Assembly: GCA_016193285.1 (NCBI GenBank)
Contig: JACPSL010000018.1
Location: forward strand, 91,535-155,534
Source: Candidatus Melainabacteria bacterium
GTDB lineage: Bacteria > Cyanobacteriota > Vampirovibrionia > 2-02-FULL-35-15
Direction of reading: 5' to 3'
DNA: 64,000 nt
Part shown: positions 38,317-46,931 of the stretch, in pieces
Layout: each line of letters begins with the position of its first letter
Position numbering within the stretch: position 1 is the stretch's first letter
Notes under the pieces: model-generated
What the model was told of the DNA's origin: nothing
What the model saw: the letters and a program-made list of their open reading frames with translations, nothing else
Databases searched by the model: none
Made by a program: the position numbers and the translations under genes

Positions 38317-39657
38317 ATGTCAGTATCATTTTTAAACCTACTGGATAAATTCAGGCCTCATAAAGTTTATATGCCTTCACCTTTAGTAGGCATTGCACGA
38401 TTTATTGCATTAGCTATATTTTGGTTTCTAATTATTTATGGTACAACTTCAATTAGTGTAATTTTGTTTGCAAAATTTATTCCAGAGTTATTGTTTAGCT
38501 TAAAATTTTTTAAATTAGCGAGGTTCGTTTATTATCTTGCTCCTTTAGTTTGTGTAGTAGTTTTAATTGCAGTAAATGCAATTTTTTTAGTTTTAAATGA
38601 AAGAAAAATTCTTGCTTTACTTACAGTAAGAGTGGGTCCAAACAGAGTTGGTCCAAATGGTTTTTTTCAAACAGTAGCAGATGCTATTAAGCTCTTGTTT
38701 AAAGAAGACATCATTCCAAAAGGTGCTGACAGACTACTTTTTAATGTAGCTCCTATAATATTTTTTGCACCTACTACAATTGCATTTATACCTATTCTTT
38801 CAACTGCAACTAATAATAGTGGACCGTTTTTGTCTTGTGATCTTTCAATTGGAATCTTATTTATTATGGCCATTTCTTCAATCCCAGTGATAGGCTTAGT
38901 TTTAGGTGGTTGGGCTAGCAGCAATAAATACTCACTCATTGGCGGACTGCGTAGCGCAGCACAGTCAATTAGCTATGAGATCCCAATGATACTTACTGTA
39001 ATTAGCATAATTGTTCTAACTGGCTCACTTAATTTAAAAGAAATTGTAGACAGTCAAATAGGTGGAATTTTAAATTGGAATATTTTTGCTTTTGGGAAGT
39101 TACCACTTGTACTAAATCTTTTTCCACTTGGTAAAAATACATTCATTGGCCTTTATGCATTAGCTTTTTTAGCTGTAACATTTGTTTTGTTTTTAATATA
39201 TTTAACTTCTGCATTTGCTGAAGTAAACAGAATTCCTTTTGACTTGCCTGAAGCAGAAAGTGAGCTTGTCTCTGGTTATAATACAGAGTTTACTGGTATA
39301 AAATTTGCCTTATTTTTTTTAGGAGAATATACAGCACTTTTTATAATATGTTGTTTAGCTTCAATGCTTTTCTTAGGTGGAGGACATCTTGGAGTTTCAA
39401 TAGAGACTGAAAGATCTATTATTCAATCATTAGCTACTTTACAAATTGGCGATCAATTTTTTGATTTGTCCTGGCTTTTGCCATCTGTTGTTTTAATGCT
39501 AAAAGCTTATGTGCTGATTTTTTGTTCTGTGTGGGTAAGAGCTACTTTGCCAAGATTACGATATGATCAACTTATGAGCTTTGGCTGGAAGTATTTAATT
39601 CCACTTTCGCTTATAAATATTTTTGTAGTTGCAATCTTAGTAAGTGTAAGATTTTAA
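38317..39657 (+). CDS. ndhA: NADH-quinone oxidoreductase subunit H (NdhA/NuoH) with an approximately 60-80-aa N-terminal extension.
   Basis: LNERKILALLTVRVGPNRVGPNGFFQTVADAIKLLFKED is canonical NuoH but starts near residue 80. Total 446 aa versus roughly 330-370 typical. Confidence 0.8.
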   Translation: MSVSFLNLLDKFRPHKVYMPSPLVGIARFIALAIFWFLIIYGTTSISVILFAKFIPELLFSLKFFKLARFVYYLAPLVCVVVLIAVNAIFLVLNERKILALLTVRVGPNRVGPNGFFQTVADAIKLLFKEDIIPKGADRLLFNVAPIIFFAPTTIAFIPILSTATNNSGPFLSCDLSIGILFIMAISSIPVIGLVLGGWASSNKYSLIGGLRSAAQSISYEIPMILTVISIIVLTGSLNLKEIVDSQIGGILNWNIFAFGKLPLVLNLFPLGKNTFIGLYALAFLAVTFVLFLIYLTSAFAEVNRIPFDLPEAESELVSGYNTEFTGIKFALFFLGEYTALFIICCLASMLFLGGGHLGVSIETERSIIQSLATLQIGDQFFDLSWLLPSVVLMLKAYVLIFCSVWVRATLPRLRYDQLMSFGWKYLIPLSLINIFVVAILVSVRF

Positions 39658-39659
39658 AA

Positions 39660-40154
39660 GTGTTGAACGTATTTGCAAAAACAATTGATGGTCTCTACAA
39701 CATACTAAAAGGTATGTTTACTGTAATTAAGCATACTGGTAGAAATCCGATTACATCTAGTTATCCTGATGTAATACCTGAGCTTTATCCAACAAGCCGT
39801 CATAGACTTGCATTAACAGTAAATCCTGATACTGGTGAACATCTTTGTATTGCATGTAAACAATGTGAAAGAATTTGCCCTGATACATGTATAACTGTAA
39901 TCCCGGATCCCGAGAAGAAAGGTGTGATAAAAGAATTTTATTTAGATCATGGACTTTGTATGTTTTGCGGGCTTTGTACTGAGGTTTGTCCTACTAACTG
40001 TATTATAAATACTGTTGATTTTGAAATGAGTGAGTATAAAAGAGAAGATTTAATTTATGATATAAAAAGACTTACTCTTACTCAGGAACAATCAAGATTT
40101 TATTTTGATTTTAAAGAAATGCCGAAACCAAAACCAAAGCCAGTAAAGGCTTGA
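39660..40154 (+). CDS. ndhI: NADH-quinone oxidoreductase subunit I (NdhI/NuoI), 2x[4Fe-4S].
   Basis: CIACKQCERICP and CMFCGLCTEVCP ferredoxin motifs. Confidence 0.8.
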   Translation: MLNVFAKTIDGLYNILKGMFTVIKHTGRNPITSSYPDVIPELYPTSRHRLALTVNPDTGEHLCIACKQCERICPDTCITVIPDPEKKGVIKEFYLDHGLCMFCGLCTEVCPTNCIINTVDFEMSEYKREDLIYDIKRLTLTQEQSRFYFDFKEMPKPKPKPVKA

Positions 40155-40666
40155 AAGGAAACATCATAATGGACCTAGCTTATTTTGCTTTCAGTGTTTT
40201 AGCTGTAGCTGGTGCAATAGGTGTCGTATTAGAAAAAAACATTATTAGAGCAGGCTTTGCACTTGTAGTTTGTTTTGGAGCAGTTGCAGGGACTTATTTT
40301 ACTCTTTCTGCTCCATTTGTAGGTGCTTCGCAAATTTTAATTTATGCTGTTGGAATTACATTAGTAGTTGTTTTTGCACTTATGTTAACAAGTTCAAAAT
40401 CAAATCTAGAGTCAATAAAAGGTGAGACAGGAAAAAATTTCTTAAGTGCAATAATAGCTCTTGGAATATTTTTTACATTTGCTTTTGCTTTAGTAAGTAA
40501 TAAATGGCCAAGTAACTTACATGCTATTTGTCCTAGAAATACAGAGGTTATTGGTTTAAAACTTTTAAGTTTATATGTTCTTCCATTTGAATTAATTTCT
40601 GTACTTTTATTAGTAGCATTAATAGGAGCAGTCTTAATTGCTAAGAAGGATAAAAAACAGGAGTAA
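40151..40666 (+). CDS. ndhG: NADH-quinone oxidoreductase subunit J (NdhG/NuoJ).
   Basis: 171-aa multi-TM protein positioned between nuoI and nuoK. Its start overlaps the nuoI stop. Confidence 0.7.
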   Translation: MKGNIIMDLAYFAFSVLAVAGAIGVVLEKNIIRAGFALVVCFGAVAGTYFTLSAPFVGASQILIYAVGITLVVVFALMLTSSKSNLESIKGETGKNFLSAIIALGIFFTFAFALVSNKWPSNLHAICPRNTEVIGLKLLSLYVLPFELISVLLLVALIGAVLIAKKDKKQE

Positions 40667-40688
40667 ACAGGAGTAAACAGAAGTAAAG
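40657..40688 (+). repeat. Tandem 10-bp repeat CAGGAGTAAA x2 plus CAGAAGTAAA. It spans the ndhG stop and the ndhE ribosome-binding site.
   Basis: Direct reading: caggagtaaacaggagtaaacagaagtaaag ATG. Confidence 0.8.
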
Positions 40689-41069
40689 ATGTCTAATTTT
40701 TTAAAACTTTTTATTAGTGCTCTTTTATTAGCATGTTTTTTATTTATGGCTATTAGATTAGACTCTTCACTTGAAAGGTATATCTTGCTTTCAACAGCAA
40801 TATTTAGTTTAGGAATATATGGTTTAACAGCATCAAGAAACGCAATTAGGGTACTAATGTCTATTGAACTTTTACTTAATGCAGTTAACATTAATCTTGT
40901 AGCATTTTCAAGTTTTATGGATCCACTTGAAATCAAAGGACAAATCTTTGCAATTTTTGTTATGGCAGTTGCAGCAGCAGAAGCAGCAATTGCACTTTCT
41001 ATAATTCTAGCTATCTATCGCAACATGTCATCTGTAGACATGGAGGACTTTGTAAATTTAAAGTGGTAG
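40689..41069 (+). CDS. ndhE: NADH-quinone oxidoreductase subunit K (NdhE/NuoK).
   Basis: Three TM helices and a conserved E in the second helix. 126 aa. Confidence 0.75.
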   Translation: MSNFLKLFISALLLACFLFMAIRLDSSLERYILLSTAIFSLGIYGLTASRNAIRVLMSIELLLNAVNINLVAFSSFMDPLEIKGQIFAIFVMAVAAAEAAIALSIILAIYRNMSSVDMEDFVNLKW

Positions 41070-41371
41070 AGGTTTGAATAAAGGCAGACAATATTGTTTC
41101 CTTAATTTAAATTAACTCTGTAAATACTTTAGAATTGGTGTCTTAAATTTGGGGTACCTGCCAAAAGAAAAAAGAAGTGTTGGCTTCACTTGGTTTGAAC
41201 TTTACTTTAAAAGACAAGAAACTACGCTTAGAACCTATTTTCTGGCTAGAACCAATTATTGAAAACAAAGAAAAACTTGATGATGTAAATGCAAGGTTTG
41301 AACTGGCTGAATGTTCAAAAGATTTAGGAGATAAAGGGAATGAAGAAGTTTTAGCTTCAGTCATTCCCATC

Positions 41372-41449
41372 TGGGGCAGCTGACGGGATTCGAACCCGCG
41401 TATACCGGGACCACAACCCGGGGCCTTGGGCCACTTGGCGACAGCTGCC
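41372..41449 (-). tRNA. tRNA-His (anticodon GTG) with genomically encoded G-1 and 3' CCA.
   Basis: Reverse complement GGCAGCTGTCGCCAAGTGGCCCAAGGCCCCGGGTTGTGGTCCCGGTATACGCGGGTTCGAATCCCGTCAGCTGCCCCA. It has an 8-bp acceptor stem including the G-1:C73 pair. Anticodon loop TTGTGGT. Confidence 0.85.
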
Positions 41450-41527
41450 GTGTCCTAGAAATTAGAAAATCAGAAATCAGAGGATCAGAATGAGAAAAAC
41501 AAATTTAATTATAGCCTACCCTATGTA

Positions 41528-43225
41528 TTAGCTGACCAAAGTTGCTTCGAGTAATTTGTGATTAGTAATAGCCCCGTCCCTTGCACTGCCCACTAGCTTC
41601 GCATACTTAGCTAAAGCTCCAGAAGTATAATTTGGTTTTGGTGGTTGCCATTTATTTTTTCTTTGCTTTAATTCTTGTTCACTTAACTCGACATTGATCA
41701 TTCCTTTTCCAGCATCAATTTCAATCATGTCTCCATCTTGAATAAGTGCAATTGGTCCGCCAATAAATGCTTCAGGTGCTACGTGTCCTATCATGAGTCC
41801 TCTTGTACCACCACTAAATCTCCCGTCTGTAATTAATGCACATTCAGTTCCTAAACCTTGACCATAAAGTGCTGCAGTAACTGAAAGCATTTCTCTCATG
41901 CCAGGCCCTCCTTTTGGACCTTCATAACGAATTACAACAACATCACCAGCTTTAATTTTTTTGTTTGTAATTGCTTCAAAACATTTTTGCTCACTGTTAA
42001 AAACTCTAGCTGGACCATGATGAAATAATTTTTTTGTACCTGCTACTTTTACAACTGCTCCATCTGGTGCAAGATTCCCTTTTAAAATTTTTAAACCACC
42101 AGTTGAGCTTAGTGGTTTGTCAATTGGATAAATTACATCTTGATCTTTTGGGAATCTTATATTCTTTAAATTTTCAGCTTGTGTTTTACCTGTAACAGTT
42201 AAGCAGTCTCCATTTAACAAACTTGCATCCAACAGATTTTTTAAAACAACTGAGACACCACCTACTTTATGTAAATCATAAGCTACATACTTACCACCTG
42301 GTTTTAAATCTACAAAATATGGTGTTTCATGAAATATTTTTTCAATTTCTTCAATTGAAAATTTAATTCCAGCTTCATGTGCCATTGCTGGGAGATGTAA
42401 GACTGCATTTGTTGAACCACCTGTAGCAGCTACAACTCTACTAGCATTTTCAAATGCTTTCTTAGTCATAATGTCCAGAGGTTTAATGTCTTCTTTTAAA
42501 AGATTAATTACTGCTTCACCACAAGCTTTATGGATTTTCTTTCTTTCAGGATCAATTGCTGGATATGAACTGCTCCCTGGAAGTGCAATTCCAATTGCTT
42601 CAGAAACACATGCCATTGTATTTGCTGTAAATTGACCACCACAAGAACCTGCTCCAGGACAAGCATTGCATTCTATTTCATATAATTCTTTATTAGAAAT
42701 TTTTCCTACATTATAAGCACCAACTGCTTCATATACATCTACAATAGTCAAATCTTTTCCTTTATAATTACCGGGCATTATTGTTCCACCATAAAGAAAA
42801 ACAGCAGGTAAATTCAAGCGGAGCATTGCCATCATTATTCCAGGTAATCCTTTGTCACAACCAGCTATTCCAATCCATCCGTCATAGCAATGAGCATGCA
42901 TCATTAGTTCAATTGAGTCTGCAATTATTTCACGACTAACAAGTGAAGCTTTCATCCCTTCATGTCCCATTGCAATTGCATCACTAACTGAAATAGTTAT
43001 AAATTCACGTGGTGTTCCACCATTTGCAACAATTGATTTTTTAATTGCTTCTGCTTGATCATGAAGAGTTAAATTACAAGGAGTTACTTCATTCCATGTA
43101 CTAGCAACTCCAATAAAAGGCTGGTTTAATTCTTTATCAGTTAGACCCATTGCACGGTACATTGATCGATGAGGTGCTCTTTCAGGTCCGATTGTTACTG
43201 TTTTGCTTTGTTGTTTTAAATCCAT
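41528..43225 (-). CDS. ilvD: Dihydroxy-acid dehydratase.
   Basis: 565 aa. CDKGLPG and SGGTRG signature regions. Confidence 0.9.
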   Translation of the reverse strand: MDLKQQSKTVTIGPERAPHRSMYRAMGLTDKELNQPFIGVASTWNEVTPCNLTLHDQAEAIKKSIVANGGTPREFITISVSDAIAMGHEGMKASLVSREIIADSIELMMHAHCYDGWIGIAGCDKGLPGIMMAMLRLNLPAVFLYGGTIMPGNYKGKDLTIVDVYEAVGAYNVGKISNKELYEIECNACPGAGSCGGQFTANTMACVSEAIGIALPGSSSYPAIDPERKKIHKACGEAVINLLKEDIKPLDIMTKKAFENASRVVAATGGSTNAVLHLPAMAHEAGIKFSIEEIEKIFHETPYFVDLKPGGKYVAYDLHKVGGVSVVLKNLLDASLLNGDCLTVTGKTQAENLKNIRFPKDQDVIYPIDKPLSSTGGLKILKGNLAPDGAVVKVAGTKKLFHHGPARVFNSEQKCFEAITNKKIKAGDVVVIRYEGPKGGPGMREMLSVTAALYGQGLGTECALITDGRFSGGTRGLMIGHVAPEAFIGGPIALIQDGDMIEIDAGKGMINVELSEQELKQRKNKWQPPKPNYTSGALAKYAKLVGSARDGAITNHKLLEATLVS

Positions 43226-43231
43226 GAATTT

Positions 43232-43296
43232 AGACCATAGACCATAGACTAGAGACTATAGACCTTTTTGTGGTCTACGGTCTATGGTCTATAGTC
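43232..43296. repeat. Hairpin composed of heptamer repeats (AGACCAT/AGACTAG/AGACTAT units and their complements). It starts 7 bp upstream of the ilvD start codon.
   Basis: agaccatagaccatagactagagactatagacc tttttgt ggtctacggtctatggtctatagtct. Confidence 0.7.
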
Positions 43297-43402
43297 TTTT
43301 GTCCCAACGTGGTTTTTGATTTCATCTAAGCTATAATCTAACATATAAATTTGAAGAATAACAGTATAAGCATATTTATTTAAATAAAGAAAAAAATATA
43401 AG

Positions 43403-44062
43403 ATGACCAAAACAGAACTTAACATAGAGAAAATATATGAGGAAAATCTTAAGTTCTGGGATAAGGCGTGGCAAAGAGTTACTAAACCTCATAAAGAATT
43501 ACCAAAGCTTCCATACATACATGAAATTACACGCAAATTAAAAAAATACCAAGTTAAAAAAGTTCTTGATCTTGGTTGTGGTTCAGGTTGGTTATCAGTT
43601 TTTATTTCAAAATATGGTTTTGATGTAACTGGAATTGATATTGCAAAACCAGCTATTGAACTTGGCAAGGTATGGGCAAAGGAAGACAATGTAAACGTAA
43701 ATTTTTTAGTAGGAGACATTTTAAATTTACCTTTTAAAGAAAAGTCATTTGATGCAATTATTTGTAATTCTGTTCTTGAGCACTTTAGAATGGATCAAGC
43801 AAAAATCATTTTTGATAAAGTTTATAAAATATTAATAGATAAAGGATTTTTCTTTGGATGCTTTGACGAAGTTGGTTCTGGAAAAGGTGAATATTTTGAA
43901 CTAGTAGATTCCACGCATATTTACACTGACGAGGCGCGCCATGGCATGATGCTAAGAAATTATTCGGATCAAGAATTAAAAGAACTTCTAGCTAACTTTG
44001 ATATCTTATCTTTTGATAAGAATAATTATGGAAGTAGATTAGTCTGGGCGAGGAAGAAATAG
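43403..44062 (+). CDS. Class I SAM-dependent methyltransferase.
   Basis: Motif I VLDLGCGSGWLS and motif II FDAIICNSVLEH. Confidence 0.6.
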   Translation: MTKTELNIEKIYEENLKFWDKAWQRVTKPHKELPKLPYIHEITRKLKKYQVKKVLDLGCGSGWLSVFISKYGFDVTGIDIAKPAIELGKVWAKEDNVNVNFLVGDILNLPFKEKSFDAIICNSVLEHFRMDQAKIIFDKVYKILIDKGFFFGCFDEVGSGKGEYFELVDSTHIYTDEARHGMMLRNYSDQELKELLANFDILSFDKNNYGSRLVWARKK

Positions 44063-44066
44063 ATCT

Positions 44067-45044
44067 TTAAAACACTGCCGTACACCACTCTTTGTACAAA
44101 TGATTTCGTCCTCTGACTACATTAAAATAAATATCTTGTAATTTTTTACTAATGGGTCCAGGTTTTCCATCTCCAATTGGTCTATGATCAATCATTGTTA
44201 TTGGGCTGACTTGAGCTCCAGTTCCACAAAAAAATGCTTCATCTGAAATATACAACTCTGTCCTGTCAATTTTTCTTATTTCTGTTTCCAAATCAAGTTC
44301 ATTTTTTGCAAGCTCGATAATGGTAGTTCTAGTAATGCCTTCTAAGATATTGTCTGAAACTAAAGTAGTAATTAACTTTCCATCTCTGACTATAAAAACA
44401 TTCATTGCACTTCCTTCAGAGACATGTCCGTCTTGAGATAAGACAATTGCATCATCAAAGCCAGATAAAATTGCATCAGTTTTTGCAAGAGCAGTGTTTA
44501 CATAACTACCTTGAATTTTTCCTCTTGCAGGTATTGCATTGTCTTCTACTCTTGTCCAGCTGCTAACACAAACATGAAGCCCTTTTGAAATATCTACATA
44601 GTCTCCCATTGGCATTGTACAAATTGAAAGTCCTGTAGGATTTAATCCGCCTTTATTTAACAAAGAAGGCCCAACTATAATTCCTGACTTGTATACATTA
44701 GGACGAATGTACATGTCACAACTTGGATTATTTTTTTGCATTAACTCTAAAGTAATTTTACAAAGCTCATCAGGAGTTTTATCTAATTCCAGATTTAAAA
44801 GATTACAGTTACTAGCTAATCTTTGATAATGTTCTTTCATCCTGAAAATATACATTCGTTTTTCTTCATTGTTCCAATAACCACGAATACCTTCAAAGAT
44901 CCCAGTACCGTACTGAAAAGCATGGGTCATTATATTTATATTTGCTTCTCTAAGTGGAACAAATTTCCCGTTAAAGTAAGCAATTGAATTTAAATCTATC
45001 CCCTCTTTATTTGCCATTGTTTTCTCCAAAGTTTGTTTTGTCAT
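44067..45044 (-). CDS. ilvE: Branched-chain amino acid aminotransferase (fold-type IV PLP enzyme).
   Basis: 325 aa. Class IV aminotransferase blocks FEGIRGY and ...TGTFEG-like. Adjacent to ilvD. Confidence 0.75.
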   Translation of the reverse strand: MTKQTLEKTMANKEGIDLNSIAYFNGKFVPLREANINIMTHAFQYGTGIFEGIRGYWNNEEKRMYIFRMKEHYQRLASNCNLLNLELDKTPDELCKITLELMQKNNPSCDMYIRPNVYKSGIIVGPSLLNKGGLNPTGLSICTMPMGDYVDISKGLHVCVSSWTRVEDNAIPARGKIQGSYVNTALAKTDAILSGFDDAIVLSQDGHVSEGSAMNVFIVRDGKLITTLVSDNILEGITRTTIIELAKNELDLETEIRKIDRTELYISDEAFFCGTGAQVSPITMIDHRPIGDGKPGPISKKLQDIYFNVVRGRNHLYKEWCTAVF

Positions 45045-45062
45045 AATTAGACATTATATCAA

Positions 45063-46148
45063 TTATTTTTCTTTCAATGGTACTCTTAGAATTTCTTCAT
45101 TATCAAGTGGATCAACTAATGCTAATGAATAATTTCCAACTTTATCCATAATTAAAAATGCAAGAGAAATAGTTGCCTCGTTAAATGGTTTTATTGTTTT
45201 AAGTGCTTCTTGTCCTGATAGAAATAAATCTGGATGCAATGGCTCAACTTCAGAATTGTTTACTAAAACAATGTCAGATAAACTAATTGGGTTTTGTGAA
45301 TTATTTTTTAGTTCAAAATTTAAAATAATGTAATCTCCATATTTTTTACTGTGCATCTTATTTATATTTTTTATTGTTATATTAATTTCATCTTTATTTG
45401 TTTTTGGAAAAAATCTAAATCCTTTGTAGCTCTCTGCTTCTCTGTTTCTTTGTTTCTCTGCTTCTTGTACCGGAAGCTCTCCTAAAATATATAAATTACT
45501 TTTTAAGACAACTTTTGTATTAATTCCAGTCAAGAGTGTTGGGATTTTACCTTTCCTTCGCATTGAGCCTACAATTCCTGCACTTGCTCCGATTCCACCA
45601 CCAGCAAGGACACTAATTCCATGCGTAGCAAATGCAAGCGGTAAACCACCATATTGAAGTCCTGCAATTAAACCATGGAAAGTTCCATAGGTAGTTAATG
45701 CAGCATCATAAGTTAAAGTATCTGCAAGTTTTTTTGTAATGGGTAAAGTGTTTGTACTTACAGAAGCAAAAATTGGAATTCTTATATTACCTGGAGTAAT
45801 AATTTCATTAAATTCAATTTCAAATGCGCCGTCTTGTCCAAAGTATCTTGGACTTTTTATTTCAGTTATAATTCCATCAAGTCTGCTTCCTTTTGGTATG
45901 TAAAAATCTTTCCCAATTAAAATATCATCCTTTAAAATCGCACTTATTTTATCTCCTTGTTGACTAAAGTAAAAATTTATTGGTGTGTTTAAACTAATAT
46001 CAATGATTTGTCCTTTGTCAATGACTGTTGAAATCCCACCCTTTAGTAAGGTCTTGGAGGTTGCTTCAAGTCCACAGTAACTACTTACAAGAAGAAAAGA
46101 AAGAACTAGTAGAAAATTTACAAACCTAAGTAATATCATATGCATCAA
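45063..46148 (-). CDS. Secreted glycine-zipper protein, paralog of 21893..22960.
   Basis: Same three-part architecture and the shared ATHG-S-AGGGIG motif. Confidence 0.45.
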   Translation of the reverse strand: MMHMILLRFVNFLLVLSFLLVSSYCGLEATSKTLLKGGISTVIDKGQIIDISLNTPINFYFSQQGDKISAILKDDILIGKDFYIPKGSRLDGIITEIKSPRYFGQDGAFEIEFNEIITPGNIRIPIFASVSTNTLPITKKLADTLTYDAALTTYGTFHGLIAGLQYGGLPLAFATHGISVLAGGGIGASAGIVGSMRRKGKIPTLLTGINTKVVLKSNLYILGELPVQEAEKQRNREAESYKGFRFFPKTNKDEINITIKNINKMHSKKYGDYIILNFELKNNSQNPISLSDIVLVNNSEVEPLHPDLFLSGQEALKTIKPFNEATISLAFLIMDKVGNYSLALVDPLDNEEILRVPLKEK

Positions 46149-46374
46149 ATCTCAATCCCAATTTTTTAATTTTCCAATTAGCTAAGAATTACCAGAGAAT
46201 TCCTTAATTTTCAATTCTCAAACCTTAGTTGTCAATTACAAATATGTAATGCTACTAGTTAATCATGCCAAACATTTTGTAAAAAATACATGTTTTCAGG
46301 TATGCTACATCAGAACAACTTGGTTTAATTAACATCTTAGGGATAGGTAATTTAATAAGAAGGAGCAAAAAAGG

Positions 46375-46845
46375 ATGTTAAAAAAATCAAAACTAGTTGC
46401 ACTTACGTTAGTGATATCAATGCTACTACCACTAGCAGCATTGGCTGATGAAGCAAGTTCAGGTTGTAAGAAACCGAATCTGCTAACTGAGTGGACAATT
46501 GGATTGCCGTTTAAATTAGTTGGTGCAACTTTAAGTAGTGCAACAGGATTACTTGTTGGAACAACAACAGGAATAGTTAGAGGTGCAATTAAAGGTACTA
46601 AAGCAGTTGCAGGTGCTCTTGGTGATGAAGATGGAGCAGTTGAAACATTAGCTGGTTTAGCAGTAGGTGCAGCACCCGGTGCAGCAGTGCATGGACTTCT
46701 TGGTGGAACTCTTTGGACAGCAAAAGGATTTCAATCTGGATTTGAAAAACCTTTTTCATGCCAATCATTACATTCTGCATTTGAAGGCATACCTGATTCT
46801 GTTGAGTGGACTGCTGAAGGTGCTTCAAAAGCATTTTCAAGCTGA
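46375..46845 (+). CDS. Small secreted glycine-zipper protein, paralog of 29977..30381.
   Basis: Shared GxxxG-rich core and an ALGDEDG / ALGDKDG motif. Confidence 0.45.
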   Translation: MLKKSKLVALTLVISMLLPLAALADEASSGCKKPNLLTEWTIGLPFKLVGATLSSATGLLVGTTTGIVRGAIKGTKAVAGALGDEDGAVETLAGLAVGAAPGAAVHGLLGGTLWTAKGFQSGFEKPFSCQSLHSAFEGIPDSVEWTAEGASKAFSS

Positions 46846-46888
46846 AAATTAAAGTTCGATTTGTTTAAACATTAAATGGTAGAATACG

Positions 46889-46929
46889 AAAGCCAGTACT
46901 AGCTTAAGCTGCTGGCTTTTAAATTTTTA
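46889..46929 (+). terminator. Stem-loop (8-bp stem AAAGCCAG/CTGGCTTT with a palindromic 15-nt loop) followed by a T-rich run.
   Basis: aaagccag tactagcttaagctg ctggcttt taaattttt. Confidence 0.45.
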
Positions 46930-46931
46930 TT

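Noticed and set aside
41143-41383. Overlapping 75-aa minus-strand and 68-aa plus-strand ORFs between ndhE and tRNA-His.
   Set aside because: They overlap each other and the tRNA-His gene, with no RBS or recognisable fold. The region is more likely a non-coding leader or terminator region. The plus-strand ORF does have an internal RLEPIFWLEPII repeat, so it is not absolutely excluded.
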